From the NCBI GenBank assembly GCA_050740455.1, contig JBOIDF010000009.1:91-64090 (forward strand): a DNA stretch of 64,000 bases, read 5' to 3'. This document shows, in pieces, positions 28,740 to 39,358 of the stretch. A program made the position numbers and the translations under genes. Below the pieces are notes generated by a model, which saw only the letters and a list, made by a program, of their open reading frames with translations, was not told where the DNA came from and did not search any database. This DNA comes from Gammaproteobacteria bacterium. GTDB taxonomy: Bacteria; Pseudomonadota; Gammaproteobacteria; JACCXJ01. Position 1 is the first letter of the stretch. Each line of letters starts with the position of its first letter.

Positions 28740-29684
28740 ATGGATCATAGTTCACGCAGACTTATTCTGGTTACCGGCATACCCCGGAGCGGTACAACCG
28801 CTGTTGGACGAATGTTGTCGCTGGCACCTCATGCCTGCACGCTCCATGAGCCATTCAATTATCACTCCGGGCTTAGACAGATTAACGCATACTTCGAAAT
28901 TCCAGGCGCGCCTTCTTTTCCATTTCAGATGCTTGACCAGATAATATGTAACGCCAAGCAGCTAGAGCTAGCGTTTAAACTCGGAGTTTTTCCTACTGAT
29001 GAAGGATTGAGACGAGTAATAAAATCGATAATCGGCGGGCGGCCGTTAAATACTTATCGGCGGTTGCGACTTTACCCCGCTGTTAAGACGATAATTTGGA
29101 AGGATCCGGCGGCGTGCTTCACAGCGGATTACGTATCTAAGCAACACGATGTCGACGTGCTGGTGACCCTTCGCAATCCTTGGGCGGTTGCGGCGAGCTT
29201 CAAACGCATGGAATGGGCTTTTGATCTTAGCGATATTTCCACACGCTTGAGTCAAGCAGGTATAGACGGTCGCAACATCCTGCCGTTGGTCGGGGGGCAG
29301 GTTCATAATTCGGTAGTGAATGCGGGTGTTCTCTGGGTCACAATCTATTCAGTTCTTGCGAAATGGGCGGATACGAACACAAGGATCCACATTGTTAACT
29401 TAGATGAGATCCTCGCTCATCCGAATTCGGCCTACGCTAAAATTTACCAGTTACTCAAACTCGAGTGGACGGATCGAGTTTCAAGAAAGATCAGTAAACT
29501 CTACAGGACAACATCGGATTCAATCGTACCGAAACATAAAAAAGCGCACGATCAGAATAGGGATATTCGCAAAGTGAATGATTACTGGCGAGAAATTCTT
29601 ACTGAAGAAGAATGCGATTTTATCGCCAATCATGTAACGCCACACTGGGAGAAGCTTCAGAGAGTTGGTGCTGGAAAAAGTTAG
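28740..29684 (+). CDS. Sulfotransferase-family protein
   Basis: ILVTGIPRSGTT 5'-PSB loop, LHEPF, WKDP, VTLRNPWAVAASF 3'-PB motif. Confidence 0.8.
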   Translation: MDHSSRRLILVTGIPRSGTTAVGRMLSLAPHACTLHEPFNYHSGLRQINAYFEIPGAPSFPFQMLDQIICNAKQLELAFKLGVFPTDEGLRRVIKSIIGGRPLNTYRRLRLYPAVKTIIWKDPAACFTADYVSKQHDVDVLVTLRNPWAVAASFKRMEWAFDLSDISTRLSQAGIDGRNILPLVGGQVHNSVVNAGVLWVTIYSVLAKWADTNTRIHIVNLDEILAHPNSAYAKIYQLLKLEWTDRVSRKISKLYRTTSDSIVPKHKKAHDQNRDIRKVNDYWREILTEEECDFIANHVTPHWEKLQRVGAGKS

Positions 29685-29754
29685 ACGGGGGCATTAAGTG
29701 ATGGAGCTGCTCTACGCTATCGAAAAGGGAGCAGCATTATGAAACTCCCCGTCG

Positions 29755-29885
29755 TAATCACTCACCGGCCTTCGAGGCCAAGGTGGCTCTGGACGCCATT
29801 CGCTACGATAAGACGCTCGCCGAACTGGCCGAACGCCACGACGTGCGCCCCAATCGGATCACGGCCTGGAAACGGCACATGGAAG
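29755..29885 (+). mobile_element. IS3-family OrfA fragment
   Basis: HSPAFEAKVALDAIRYDKTLAELAERHDVRPNRITAWKR. Confidence 0.75.
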
Positions 29886-30025
29886 ATTGAGCGCCCGGCA
29901 GGCCGCCTTGCGACCCACGTGCTGCCCCAATGCTTGCGCGGCGCTCATGAGTTAACCCGCCCTGCAGGTTCTCTAGCATTGGAAGAGACCGTGTCTTGGA
30001 GCAACACAAGCGCTGCTATAACTGT

Positions 30026-31195
30026 CTAGGCGCAAGCCTCTCGATCGTCCAAGGCTTTGATACAAATATCCTGGATGAGCCGCTCTGCTATCCGCGTCCA
30101 CGAATGTGAAGCGGAAGCGGCCTTCGCGAATCTGCTGATCTCAAATCGCTCCTCCGAATTTTCTAGCAGCCTGCCGACTTGCTCGGCAAATTCTCGAGAA
30201 CTGTTCGCGAGCCGGATGAAATCCAAGTTTCGCCGCGCGAGTTCGATGGTGCGGCTAGCAACAACCGGCAAGCCGCTGGCACCATATTCGAAGAGTTTCA
30301 TAGGACTGCGCCCGTCGTTTGCCGGGTGATTGCTCAGCGGTAACAATCCGATATCGGAGTGTTGAAAATAGGCTGGTAGTCGCGCATAACTCCTCGGTCC
30401 AAGCAAATGCAGGTTGCCTCTTCCGCCTAATAGCCTACTCGCATCCTTTGGATACGGACCGATCAAGACCACGTTTGCATGGGGCAGCATGTCTGCGAGG
30501 GCCGTCACAATACCATAACCGAATCGATCATCGAAGGCGCCGGCATACACCAATCGCGGAGACGAGATCTCGCGGTATTCTGGTGGTGGGTCCATAGGCA
30601 TCGAGAAAAAGGTATAGTCGACCCCGTTTTCAAGGAGGTACACCGGCTTACTAGGCGCTAAATTTGTTAGCCGATCCATAACGAGCGCCGATGTACCGAT
30701 CAAAAAATCGGCCTGGTGCGCAAGCTCTTGTTCTACGCTGTCGATAGCAACTCCAAGTTGCTCGCTAGACAGGTCTGTAGCCCGATACCCCATGACCCTT
30801 GCTTTCACATACTTCGGGAGCCCCGCAAGGGTCGGCGCATCGATTAAAAGCACATCTACCTCGGAAAATCCGTATTTCCTTAGGCAATACTTGATTGATG
30901 GTAAAGTAGTTAGGAAAAGATGCATTTTCCCGAGGCGACGAGCGAGTTGCCAGGGCACCAAACTTAGCGGCACGTAATCGATAAGGTCTTTGTTAACCAC
31001 ATATCCATTCTCAAGCCAGTTTCTAAATCGAAACCTGACTCGCGGGTTAACCCATCTGAGCAAGTGCGCGATGGTTACGGGTTTGCTCAGATGTAGCACT
31101 CTATGCCCCTTCTTTGTGAATTCATGGGCCAGATGGTGAGAACCGACTACAAACACACCACCCATAGGCGTGTGGCTGCCGAAGACGATATTCAA
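30026..31195 (-). CDS. Glycosyltransferase (GT-B fold, GT4/TuaH-like)
   Basis: YRATD, YLLENGVD, LVYAGAFDDR, LHLLGPRSY..LP, GRSPMKLFEYGASGLPVVA; TTG start abutting an IS3 end. Confidence 0.88.
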   Translation of the reverse strand: MNIVFGSHTPMGGVFVVGSHHLAHEFTKKGHRVLHLSKPVTIAHLLRWVNPRVRFRFRNWLENGYVVNKDLIDYVPLSLVPWQLARRLGKMHLFLTTLPSIKYCLRKYGFSEVDVLLIDAPTLAGLPKYVKARVMGYRATDLSSEQLGVAIDSVEQELAHQADFLIGTSALVMDRLTNLAPSKPVYLLENGVDYTFFSMPMDPPPEYREISSPRLVYAGAFDDRFGYGIVTALADMLPHANVVLIGPYPKDASRLLGGRGNLHLLGPRSYARLPAYFQHSDIGLLPLSNHPANDGRSPMKLFEYGASGLPVVASRTIELARRNLDFIRLANSSREFAEQVGRLLENSEERFEISRFAKAASASHSWTRIAERLIQDICIKALDDREACA

Positions 31196-31510
31196 GTGGA
31201 CTTCCCCCGCTTTCGTGGACAGTTGGTAGTCTCAAGTTAAGCTTCCTGGGTAATTCCTCCTTTCGAAATTGACTGGCGATAGGTAGCCGATCGCAGAGTG
31301 GAACCGGTGTGGATTATAGAACCCTTCGATGTATTCGAACACGGCCATTTTGGCTTCTGCCGGGTCTTGAACCGATGCCGGGCCAGCAGTTCGCATTCCA
31401 AGCTGGCAAAGAAGCTCTCCGCCATGGCATTGTCGAAGCAGTCGCCCACCGAGCCCATCGACGGCTGGACCCCCATCTCCCGGCACCGGCCGCCAAATGC
31501 GATCGAGGTG
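31196..31510 (-). mobile_element. IS3-family OrfB 3' fragment with terminal inverted repeat
   Basis: SMGSVGDCFDNAMAESFFASLECE..FEYIEGFYNPHR.HSAIGYLSP; end sequence TGTCCACGAAAGCGGGGGAAGTCCA. Confidence 0.85.
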
Positions 31511-31655
31511 TATATGGCCTTAATAATTTTGGCAGGATTCTATGATGTGTTGACCGCTGAAGTGAGCGTGATCACGGTTCGCGCTCCGATAGATGAGGAG
31601 TACAATTCCATGATCTGCAATTTAAACTGCGTTGAACTTCTTATCCTTATCTGGC

Positions 31656-32237
31656 ATGTTGGACGTCGATAACTACTTCAATTTTGAATTCGCCGAGCAT
31701 TCGCGGGTAGTGGCCGCGACGCGAGACCAGCTGGCCGAGCCCTTCAAACATCTCGTAGAGGCATGTGTCAAGGCTGTACGTGGCGGTGGTAAGCTCATGT
31801 TTTTCGGCAACGGGGGCAGTGCCGCCGACGCCCAGCACCTGGCGACGGAGCTCACCGTACGCTACGTGAAGAATCGTCAGCCGATTGCCGCCATCTCGCT
31901 GACCACGGACACGTCGGCCCTCACAGCGATCGGTAACGACTTCAGTTTCGACCAACTGTTTGCGCGCCAGGTCTTGGCGCTCGGCAAGGCGGGCGACGTG
32001 GCCATCGGGATCTCCACGTCGGGCCGCAGCGCCAACGTCGTGTGTGCGCTGCAGGTGGCACGAAAGCAGGGCATCGTGCCGGCTGCCCTCACCGGGAGAG
32101 ATGGCGGCGACTTGGTAGGGTTGGCCGAGCCTATCCTGATCGTCCCCTCCGACACCACTTCCCGCATACAAGAGATGCATATCACGCTAGGACAGATGCT
32201 GTGCGGCGCGCTGGAGCTCGGTTTGGGACTGGTCTGA
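31656..32237 (+). CDS. gmhA: D-sedoheptulose-7-phosphate isomerase
   Basis: FGNGGSAADAQHLATEL, TAIGNDF, GISTSGRS, SRIQEMH. Confidence 0.95.
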   Translation: MLDVDNYFNFEFAEHSRVVAATRDQLAEPFKHLVEACVKAVRGGGKLMFFGNGGSAADAQHLATELTVRYVKNRQPIAAISLTTDTSALTAIGNDFSFDQLFARQVLALGKAGDVAIGISTSGRSANVVCALQVARKQGIVPAALTGRDGGDLVGLAEPILIVPSDTTSRIQEMHITLGQMLCGALELGLGLV

Positions 32238-32249
32238 GAAGGTAACCCT

Positions 32250-33728
32250 ATGGGGGCGGCACGTAAAATTGACTCTGCCACGCGGATCCGCGAATTGGCT
32301 CGCGCCCGGGTGTTAGTGGTGGGTGACGTGATGTTGGATCGCTTCGTGAGCGGGTCCGTGAACCGGATCTCACCGGAAGCACCCGTACCGGTCTTGAACA
32401 TCGAGCATGCCTGTTCGATGCTCGGGGGGGCGGGTAATGTCATAAGAAACCTTACCGCGTTAGGGGCGATGCCGAGGTTCGTGGGCGTCATCGGCGGCGA
32501 CCGCGAGGGCGAAGAAGTTCGTACTTTAATGGCGGAGGCCGTGGGACAAGATCGTCACCACCTAGTGCTCGAAGCGGGCCGGCCAACCACCACCAAGACG
32601 CGATATGTCTCGGGGGGCCACCAATTGTTACGGGTCGATTGCGAGATTGCGGCGCCTTTAAGCCCGGTATCGGCGCTGGCTTTGATAGCCGCGGCCGAGG
32701 GCGCTCTCAAGCATGCGGACGTGCTGGTGCTCTCTGATTATGCGAAGGGCGTCCTGGCCCCGAGCATTGTTACCAGCCTGATCGAAGCGGCGCAGCGCTT
32801 CGCTTGCCGGGTCATCGCCGATCCCAAGAGCCGGCATTTCGATGTATATCGAGGCGTCAGTGTTATCACGCCGAACCGTGGCGAGCTGGCGGCCGCGACC
32901 GGCATGTCGGCACGGACCGACGCGGAAATAGAAAGGGCTTGCAAGCAGGTGCTCGCGAGTTGCGATATTACGGCGGTCCTGGCGACGCGTAGTGAGGAGG
33001 GCATGAGCTTAGCTACTCGTGAGGGAGGCGTATGGCATTTGGCCGCGCATGCTCGGGAAGTCTATGATGTCTCGGGGGCTGGCGATACTGTCGTGGCAGT
33101 GCTGAGCGCCGCATTGTCGGCAGGGACCGATTTCCTCGAAGCGGCGCAGCTAGCCAACCTAGCCGCGGGCATCGTCGTGGGCAAGGTAGGTACGGCGGTG
33201 GTACGCCCGGACGAACTGATTTACGCCGTGCGCGAGGAACGCTGGATCGAAGCCGACAACAAGATAGTGAGCCTACAAATCGTCGTTGAACAGGTTGCTG
33301 CGTGGCGGCGCGCCGGTCTGAGGATCGGCTTTACCAACGGCTGCTTCGACCTGTTACATCCTGGCCACCTGTCGTTGCTGCGGCAGGCGCGCGCCGCCTG
33401 CGACCGCCTGGTCGTGGGTCTGAACAGCGACGCTTCGATTAAGCGGCTCAAAGGTGAAGGACGGCCAGTACAGCCGGAATTGGCGCGGGCGGCGCTATTG
33501 GCATCGCTGGCTGACGTAGACCGAGTGGTGATCTTTGTCGAGGATACGCCGATTAGTCTGATCGATGCGATCCGCCCGGACTTGCTCGTCAAGGGCGCCG
33601 ATTACAGCCGCGATACGGTCGTCGGAGGGGATATCGTTGAGCGTTATGGCGGGAAGATCTTGCTCGCAAACCTGGTACCTGAGCACTCCACAACGGCCAC
33701 TATCAGGCGCGTCGGCGGTGCGGGATAG
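32250..33728 (+). CDS. hldE: Bifunctional heptose-7-phosphate kinase / heptose-1-phosphate adenylyltransferase
   Basis: GDVMLDRF..RISPEAPVP, GGAGNV, DVSGAGDTV, FTNGCFDLLHPGH, VKGADY. Confidence 0.96.
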   Translation: MGAARKIDSATRIRELARARVLVVGDVMLDRFVSGSVNRISPEAPVPVLNIEHACSMLGGAGNVIRNLTALGAMPRFVGVIGGDREGEEVRTLMAEAVGQDRHHLVLEAGRPTTTKTRYVSGGHQLLRVDCEIAAPLSPVSALALIAAAEGALKHADVLVLSDYAKGVLAPSIVTSLIEAAQRFACRVIADPKSRHFDVYRGVSVITPNRGELAAATGMSARTDAEIERACKQVLASCDITAVLATRSEEGMSLATREGGVWHLAAHAREVYDVSGAGDTVVAVLSAALSAGTDFLEAAQLANLAAGIVVGKVGTAVVRPDELIYAVREERWIEADNKIVSLQIVVEQVAAWRRAGLRIGFTNGCFDLLHPGHLSLLRQARAACDRLVVGLNSDASIKRLKGEGRPVQPELARAALLASLADVDRVVIFVEDTPISLIDAIRPDLLVKGADYSRDTVVGGDIVERYGGKILLANLVPEHSTTATIRRVGGAG

Positions 33729-33871
33729 ATGGCCACTGGCGGTTCGCAATTCGATAAGCTGTACTGCAATAAGCGGAGGTAAGTTTGGGGATGGCTATCT
33801 GGGCTTGAAGTTCGGAATAATTGCGTTACCCAATCAACGTTTTTGGGCTCACGCGGCGTTTCGTTTGATAT

Positions 33872-35002
33872 ATGACAGGAGAAAGAGGAAATCTAGGACT
33901 AAAATTAGCTGACCGCTATATTGGAATTCCTCTGGTAGCGATTTTAGGCTTTGTGCTTGCAATGATGCGCCGAGCGTCGAACGCCAGCAAGTGCGAGACC
34001 GATAGTCGATTGGCTATCGGTATTCTTGCTACTGGCGCCATCGGCGATACGATTTTGGCGAGTGCGATTATGCACGACATCAGGGACGCTTTTCCGGATG
34101 CTTCCCTAACCATATTTACTTCCAAAGCAAACGCTGCCGTCGCATCGTTAATTACGGCAATAAACGAGGTAATTGTCCTGCCTATCATGCAGCCCTGGCG
34201 GGCGCTTGCCCAGTTGAGACGGCGACGCTTCGACTGGCTTATCGACCTCGGTCCTTGGCCGCGAATCAACGCTGTTTTCGCTGGCCTATCGGGCAGCCGT
34301 CACACCGTTGGCTTCAAAACCCGAGGTCAGTGCCGCCACATGGTTTATGACTATGTCGTAAATCATCGAAATGATCGTCACCAGTTGGAGAATCTTCGGG
34401 CACTGGTCGAACCACTAAAAATATCCCCGACCCAGCATCCAACAATCAAGACCGAAAGCGCGCCTCCCAATGCCACTCCCGCGCGTCCTTTTGTGGTATT
34501 TCACGCATGGCCCGGCGGCTACAAATCGCACTACAAGGAGTGGCCCGCAGGACAATGGCAAGATCTTGGACAGCGGGTGCAAGGATTGGGCTGGGCAACC
34601 GTTTTGACCGGCGGTCGGGATGATATCGACAAGTCGGCGTTCCTCGCGGGCGAACTCGGAAACGCGGGCGTCCAAGTTACCGATCTAGCGGGAACCTGCT
34701 CCCTGGCGCAAACGGTGGCCCTAATTCAGCGAGCCGATGCAGTCGTCAGCGTAAATACCGGGATCATGCACATGGCGGCGGCATTGGGTACGCCAGTCGT
34801 CGGTCTGCACGGCCCGACTAGTTCCTTGCGCTGGGGCCCCGTGGGATCACGCGCAGCAAGTGTGGATGCGCCAGGATCTGGCTGCGCGTACTTGGATCTT
34901 GGGTTTGAATACCCAAGCAATCCACCCGAGTGCATGGCGAGGATTTCAACCGATAGTGTAATGGCCGCGTTGCGGCGCATAGCCAGGCACCCACGGTGCT
35001 GA
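33872..35002 (+). CDS. Glycosyltransferase family 9 (heptosyltransferase-like)
   Basis: GAIGDTILA, K.WP, DLAGTCSL, VSVNTGIMHMAAALGTPVVGLHGPT. Confidence 0.92.
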   Translation: MTGERGNLGLKLADRYIGIPLVAILGFVLAMMRRASNASKCETDSRLAIGILATGAIGDTILASAIMHDIRDAFPDASLTIFTSKANAAVASLITAINEVIVLPIMQPWRALAQLRRRRFDWLIDLGPWPRINAVFAGLSGSRHTVGFKTRGQCRHMVYDYVVNHRNDRHQLENLRALVEPLKISPTQHPTIKTESAPPNATPARPFVVFHAWPGGYKSHYKEWPAGQWQDLGQRVQGLGWATVLTGGRDDIDKSAFLAGELGNAGVQVTDLAGTCSLAQTVALIQRADAVVSVNTGIMHMAAALGTPVVGLHGPTSSLRWGPVGSRAASVDAPGSGCAYLDLGFEYPSNPPECMARISTDSVMAALRRIARHPRC

Positions 35003-35434
35003 ATTCAGCAATGGGACAACTAAAAAAAGTATCGCCACCATTATGGTGGGAGTCAAATGCCTAAGCACTGTATCCAAAATCGCTAGCCTACGGAGACGTG
35101 AAGGCCTTGATTAGAGATCGGGCGATTGCCCACGCCCACCCGAGCCCGCGAAATCGGCCGGCGGAAGATTCTTGAATTCCGGGAAAAGAAGGTTGGTGAT
35201 ACTTGAGACGAAATTGACCGATACTTTAAGTGCCGGAGCATAGAACATTTTGCGATCGATGGAATATTCTTCCGGACGTAATATCGAGTATTGATTTGAA
35301 CTTGCCGTCTACTTGCTTCGTAATATGCAATAGCCTCGGTGCATGAAGGGAATGTGCTGCCTGGTCCCCGCGCCCGCCCCGAAACGTTGAGAAATAGCTC
35401 CCGGTTTTCAACTATTTGACCGAAAATTAGATCG

Positions 35435-36115
35435 ATGAAATACCGTTTCATAAAGCGCCTTCTGGTCCGGGCGGGACGCTATTGCCCGTTCGTCGTCATT
35501 CGATTTTTGAACTCCGCGATTAATTACTTGGGCACCGGCCACTGGTTCAAGGCAAGGGGGATCGAGATCGGTAATTCCGTGCCGACCCGGTACCAGCTCT
35601 TCGATCTCGTGGTCTCGAAAATCGCGCAGGACCGCGTGCTCTACCTGGAGTTCGGGGTGTACGAGGGTACCACCATGCGCTACTGGTCGAAGTTGCTGCG
35701 GAACCCCTCTTCGCAATTGCATGGCTTCGATAGTTTCACCGGACTGCCCGAGGAGTGGAATCTCAGGAGCAAGCACGCCTTCTCGACGGGGGGCCAGATC
35801 CCGCTGATCGACGATCCGCGGGTGAAGTTCTTCAAAGGGTGGTTCTCAGACACTCTCAAAGACTATACCTTGCCCGATAACGAGCAGCTCCTGTTCGTGA
35901 ATATCGACGCGGATCTCTATTCCTCCGCTAAGACGGTGCTCGAATTCCTGGGCGATCGCCTTCGGGTCGGCAGCTACGTTTATTTCGACGAATTCTGTGA
36001 TCGCGCGAACGAGCTGAAGGCTTTCGACGAGTTCATTAAAGATACCAAGATGGAATTTCGCGCCGTCTGCGCCACTGAAGCGCTCGAGCATGTCGTGTTT
36101 CAACGGGTACGGTAA
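35435..36115 (+). CDS. TylF/MycF/NovP-like O-methyltransferase
   Basis: YLEFGVYEG, GFDSFTGLPE, KGWFSDTL, NIDADLYSS, YVYFDEF. Confidence 0.85.
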   Translation: MKYRFIKRLLVRAGRYCPFVVIRFLNSAINYLGTGHWFKARGIEIGNSVPTRYQLFDLVVSKIAQDRVLYLEFGVYEGTTMRYWSKLLRNPSSQLHGFDSFTGLPEEWNLRSKHAFSTGGQIPLIDDPRVKFFKGWFSDTLKDYTLPDNEQLLFVNIDADLYSSAKTVLEFLGDRLRVGSYVYFDEFCDRANELKAFDEFIKDTKMEFRAVCATEALEHVVFQRVR

Positions 36116-36229
36116 ATGTCAAGAATACCCCTAGCCGGCGATATGACGCTGTCCGCGGTCGCGCGAGGCCTTCAGAGGAAATTGAGCGCGCGCGGCGTGC
36201 AGGCCGAGCGACTGTGTGAACATTGTGTT

Positions 36230-36803
36230 TCTACCGAGAACGCTTTCACGGATTTTCAAACCGGCCTGTGTTGCTGTGTTTGTTTGATTATCGGCCCTGC
36301 CAATTCTGGGTAATGTGGCAGAACATGCGATGCTCGACCTTGTTCCAGTTGCTGGTCCCCGGCGGGAAATGGCACACGTGGATTGGCATTCCCAGGCGGA
36401 CGGCCAACGCTTGCAGCGCCACCTTGCACGAGCGGCACCGGCTGCCGTTGCTGCCGCCTCCGTCCGCCGTAATCAACACTTCTTTGGCATGGGGATAGCG
36501 CTTGGTGCCCATCTTCTGCCACTACCGGCCGATGGCACCGCGAACTGCGCCGTGTCGTGATCGATGCCCACGCTCACCCAGCCCTTATTCTGGCTCAGAT
36601 CGAACAGGCCGTAGAAAATGACTTGCCCGATTTCGGGTCCGGGAAAATCATGGACGTTTGCCTCTTCCGGCTCGCCTTTGGGCTGCCACTCGCGCCCGCC
36701 GTTCTTGAACTGACCTACGAGTTCCTTCTTCTTCGTATCCACCAACATCACCGGGCGACCGCGTTGCTGAAACCGCTTCACCGTCGTGTTGATATGCTCA
36801 AAC
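36230..36803 (-). mobile_element. ISAzo13-family transposase remnant
   Basis: DTKKKELVG.FKNGGREW, VSVGIDHDTAQFAV, LITADGGGSNGSR, CHFPPGTSNWNKVEHRMFCHITQNW; frameshifted and cut at 36804 by an IS1182-like end. Confidence 0.88.
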
Positions 36804-36806
36804 TGA

Positions 36807-37330
36807 GAGGCTGTGAAAAACCCAACTTTCGGATTCTATCTGCGGTGTGCCGAGGTATAATGCTCTGGTCATTCATCAGAGCGAAACGCTCATGACGGCG
36901 GAAACATCGAAGGTAGTTAATGACCTTCCTGAAGCGACGGTAAGAGAGAAGAGCGGAACGGCGGCTAAGGTCCCGGCGCGGGTGTTGATGCCGAACCGGT
37001 TGCAGATGGGAGCTGCGGGCCAGCGCGATCTGGAATCGTTGCTGCCGGAGGGCCATCGAGCGCGGATGGTGTGGGGCTGTTTGGAGCGCCAGGACCTGAG
37101 CGGCATGTACGAGGGGATTAAGGCGCGGGAAGGCGGCGCGGGGCGCAGTGCGATTGCCCCGGAGATCCTGTTTGCGCTATGGTTGTACGCGACGCTGGAG
37201 GGGGTGGGCAGTGCGAGAGGTTGGCGTGTCTTACGCCAGAGCACGATATCTACCGCTGGATGTGCGGTGGGTGCATACCCACACCCTGGCGCATTTCCGC
37301 GTGGGGCATGGGGCGCTGGATGACTTAAGG
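36807..37330 (+). mobile_element. IS1182-family element, left end plus 5' transposase fragment
   Basis: End GAGGCTGTGAAAAAC preceded by TGA; DLESLLPEGHRARMVW..DLS..Y..GGAGRSAIAPEILFALWLYATLEGVGSAR. Confidence 0.8.
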
Positions 37331-37473
37331 GACAGCGTGGCGAGCCCCCCGTAACCGCCTCCTAATCGAGTTCAACCATAAAATCGCTATTGCGAAACCG
37401 CATTGGATTTCTTATCCTTTTCCTGTTTATGTTCATCTTCTAACCTGCGCAATAAGCTGGAGGCTTGTAGGCC

Positions 37474-39000
37474 ATGGGCGATGCGAGAAAAATCTTACTC
37501 TTGGAAATGAATGAGATTCCCTATCGGGTTATAGATTATTACACGAGCGAACATGACGAGAGCGTTATTCAGCGTTTGCTCGAACGTTCCAAGGCTTATC
37601 TGACCATCTGCGAAGATCAGATCGAGCTCGATCCCTGGATCAGCTGGCCGACACTGCATCGCGGCGTCATCGATGAACAACACCGAGTCCTCCATCTCGG
37701 CCAGGCACTCGACTACGCCAACAACACCTACCCGCCGATCTGGGAGATCTTAGCAAGCGAGGGATGGCAGATCGGCGTATTTGGTTCCCTGCATAGCTCA
37801 GCGAAGCCCAAGGACCTGAGGAATTATCGCTTCTACGTGCCGGACTTTTTTGCCGACGAAGCGTTCGTTCATCCTCAGGAACTGGAAGCCTTTCAAAAAT
37901 TTAATCTTATGATGACCCGGAAGTCAGCGCGCAATGTTGATACCGCCGTTCCAATCAAGGAGGCGTTCAACTTCCTTATTGCCTACCTTCGACAAGGAAT
38001 GAGCGCCGGCACCGCAGCGGCCATTGCTACGCAGTTGGTTAATGAGGTTTTGCATCCGCACCTGAAGTGTCGCCGCCGATCGATCCAGCCTGCGATTAGC
38101 ATGGACATTTTCCTCTATCTCATGCGGCATATCCGGCCAGACCTCGCGACATTCCACACGAACCACGTCGCTGCGGCGATGCATCGCTTCTGGGCAGCGA
38201 CCTTTCCGGACGACGTTCCCGAGAATCGGATGTCGGATACATGGACAAAGCAGTATTGTAAGGAAATCGACCACGCGATGAGTATGCTTGACGACATGCT
38301 TGGCCGGATCAAGGACTTCATCGATGCTCATCCGGACTATAAGCTATTGATCGCGACCAGCCTCGGGCAGGCTGCGGTCAGGGCCGAAGAAACCAAGGGT
38401 TTCGTTACTGTCACCGATCCGAACCGCTTACTCAGCGCTCTCGGCTTGGCAAACGGCGAATGGAAAGAAAAACATGCGATGGTGCCGTGTATTAGCGTCA
38501 TTACTAAAGCAGGCAAAGGTGACTTCTTGGAAGAACGCCTAAACCAGCTAGCCGTAAACGGGGCACGGATGATTCGTAACGAGCGTGAAACCGCACCGCT
38601 AAGTTATGATCGAAAGGAGAGCAACTCCTTCCATATCTTCGTCTACTTCGAGAGGTACTCGGGTCCATCGATTGCCGTGCTTGGGAATCGCGAGCTGTCA
38701 TTTGGCGACCTAGGTCTCGGGTTCTTCCAGCATCAAGACAATATTGCGTGTTCCGCCAGGCACACGCCACACGGCGTGCTAATTGTGTACGATCCAATTC
38801 GGCCGCATCCTGATCGGCGACGCACAACCATCTCCACGCTCGATATCGCACCCGCCATCCTTGACAACTTTAATATACCCTCTCCCTCCTACATGAAGCG
38901 TCCGGACCCAACCTTGCTAGATACTGGGGCTGTCGGCGTGCCGTGCGAGTTGCTTATCGACACACCTGAGCGCCAGCGGATGGTGAAACGCGTCGACTGA
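37474..39000 (+). CDS. Alkaline-phosphatase-superfamily (phosphodiesterase/sulfatase-like) hypothetical protein
   Basis: LLLEMNE, LDPWISWPTLHRG (nucleophile-like Thr/Ser motif), FHTNHVAAAMHRFW, ARHTPHG; 508 aa. The ATSLG stretch lacks the usual SDHG. Confidence 0.6.
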   Translation: MGDARKILLLEMNEIPYRVIDYYTSEHDESVIQRLLERSKAYLTICEDQIELDPWISWPTLHRGVIDEQHRVLHLGQALDYANNTYPPIWEILASEGWQIGVFGSLHSSAKPKDLRNYRFYVPDFFADEAFVHPQELEAFQKFNLMMTRKSARNVDTAVPIKEAFNFLIAYLRQGMSAGTAAAIATQLVNEVLHPHLKCRRRSIQPAISMDIFLYLMRHIRPDLATFHTNHVAAAMHRFWAATFPDDVPENRMSDTWTKQYCKEIDHAMSMLDDMLGRIKDFIDAHPDYKLLIATSLGQAAVRAEETKGFVTVTDPNRLLSALGLANGEWKEKHAMVPCISVITKAGKGDFLEERLNQLAVNGARMIRNERETAPLSYDRKESNSFHIFVYFERYSGPSIAVLGNRELSFGDLGLGFFQHQDNIACSARHTPHGVLIVYDPIRPHPDRRRTTISTLDIAPAILDNFNIPSPSYMKRPDPTLLDTGAVGVPCELLIDTPERQRMVKRVD

Positions 39001-39139
39001 AGGTAAAAGGGAAACTCAATGCGTTTTGGCAACATTGTCAAAACTCTTTGGGTGCGACTCTTTTAGAACGACGGCATTTTCTCCCGTGATGATACTGGCT
39101 TAGGAGTAGAAATCCTCGCCATTCAGGAGTCTTTCAAGG

Positions 39140-39320
39140 CCCGATATGCCACTCACCGACGGGTTGGTTGTAAAGGCGGGATTGGAGAAGGCCGCGCTCT
39201 TAGTAGTCGTAGCGGGCCTAAGCGATGGGCGCCAGGTCTTTTTAGCCATCGCACCCGGAGTATCGGGGATCCACCGAGAGTTAGCCAGCGGGAGGGCCTT
39301 GCGTCTTAGGCCGCGCATGA
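39140..39320 (+). mobile_element. IS256-family transposase fragment
   Basis: DGLVVKAGLEK-AALLVVVAGLSDGRQVFLAIAPG, followed by a frameshifted RESTESW-like sequence. Confidence 0.7.
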
Positions 39321-39358
39321 GCTTTGACTTAACGGCTCCTGGATCCCGGGAATAAGGA

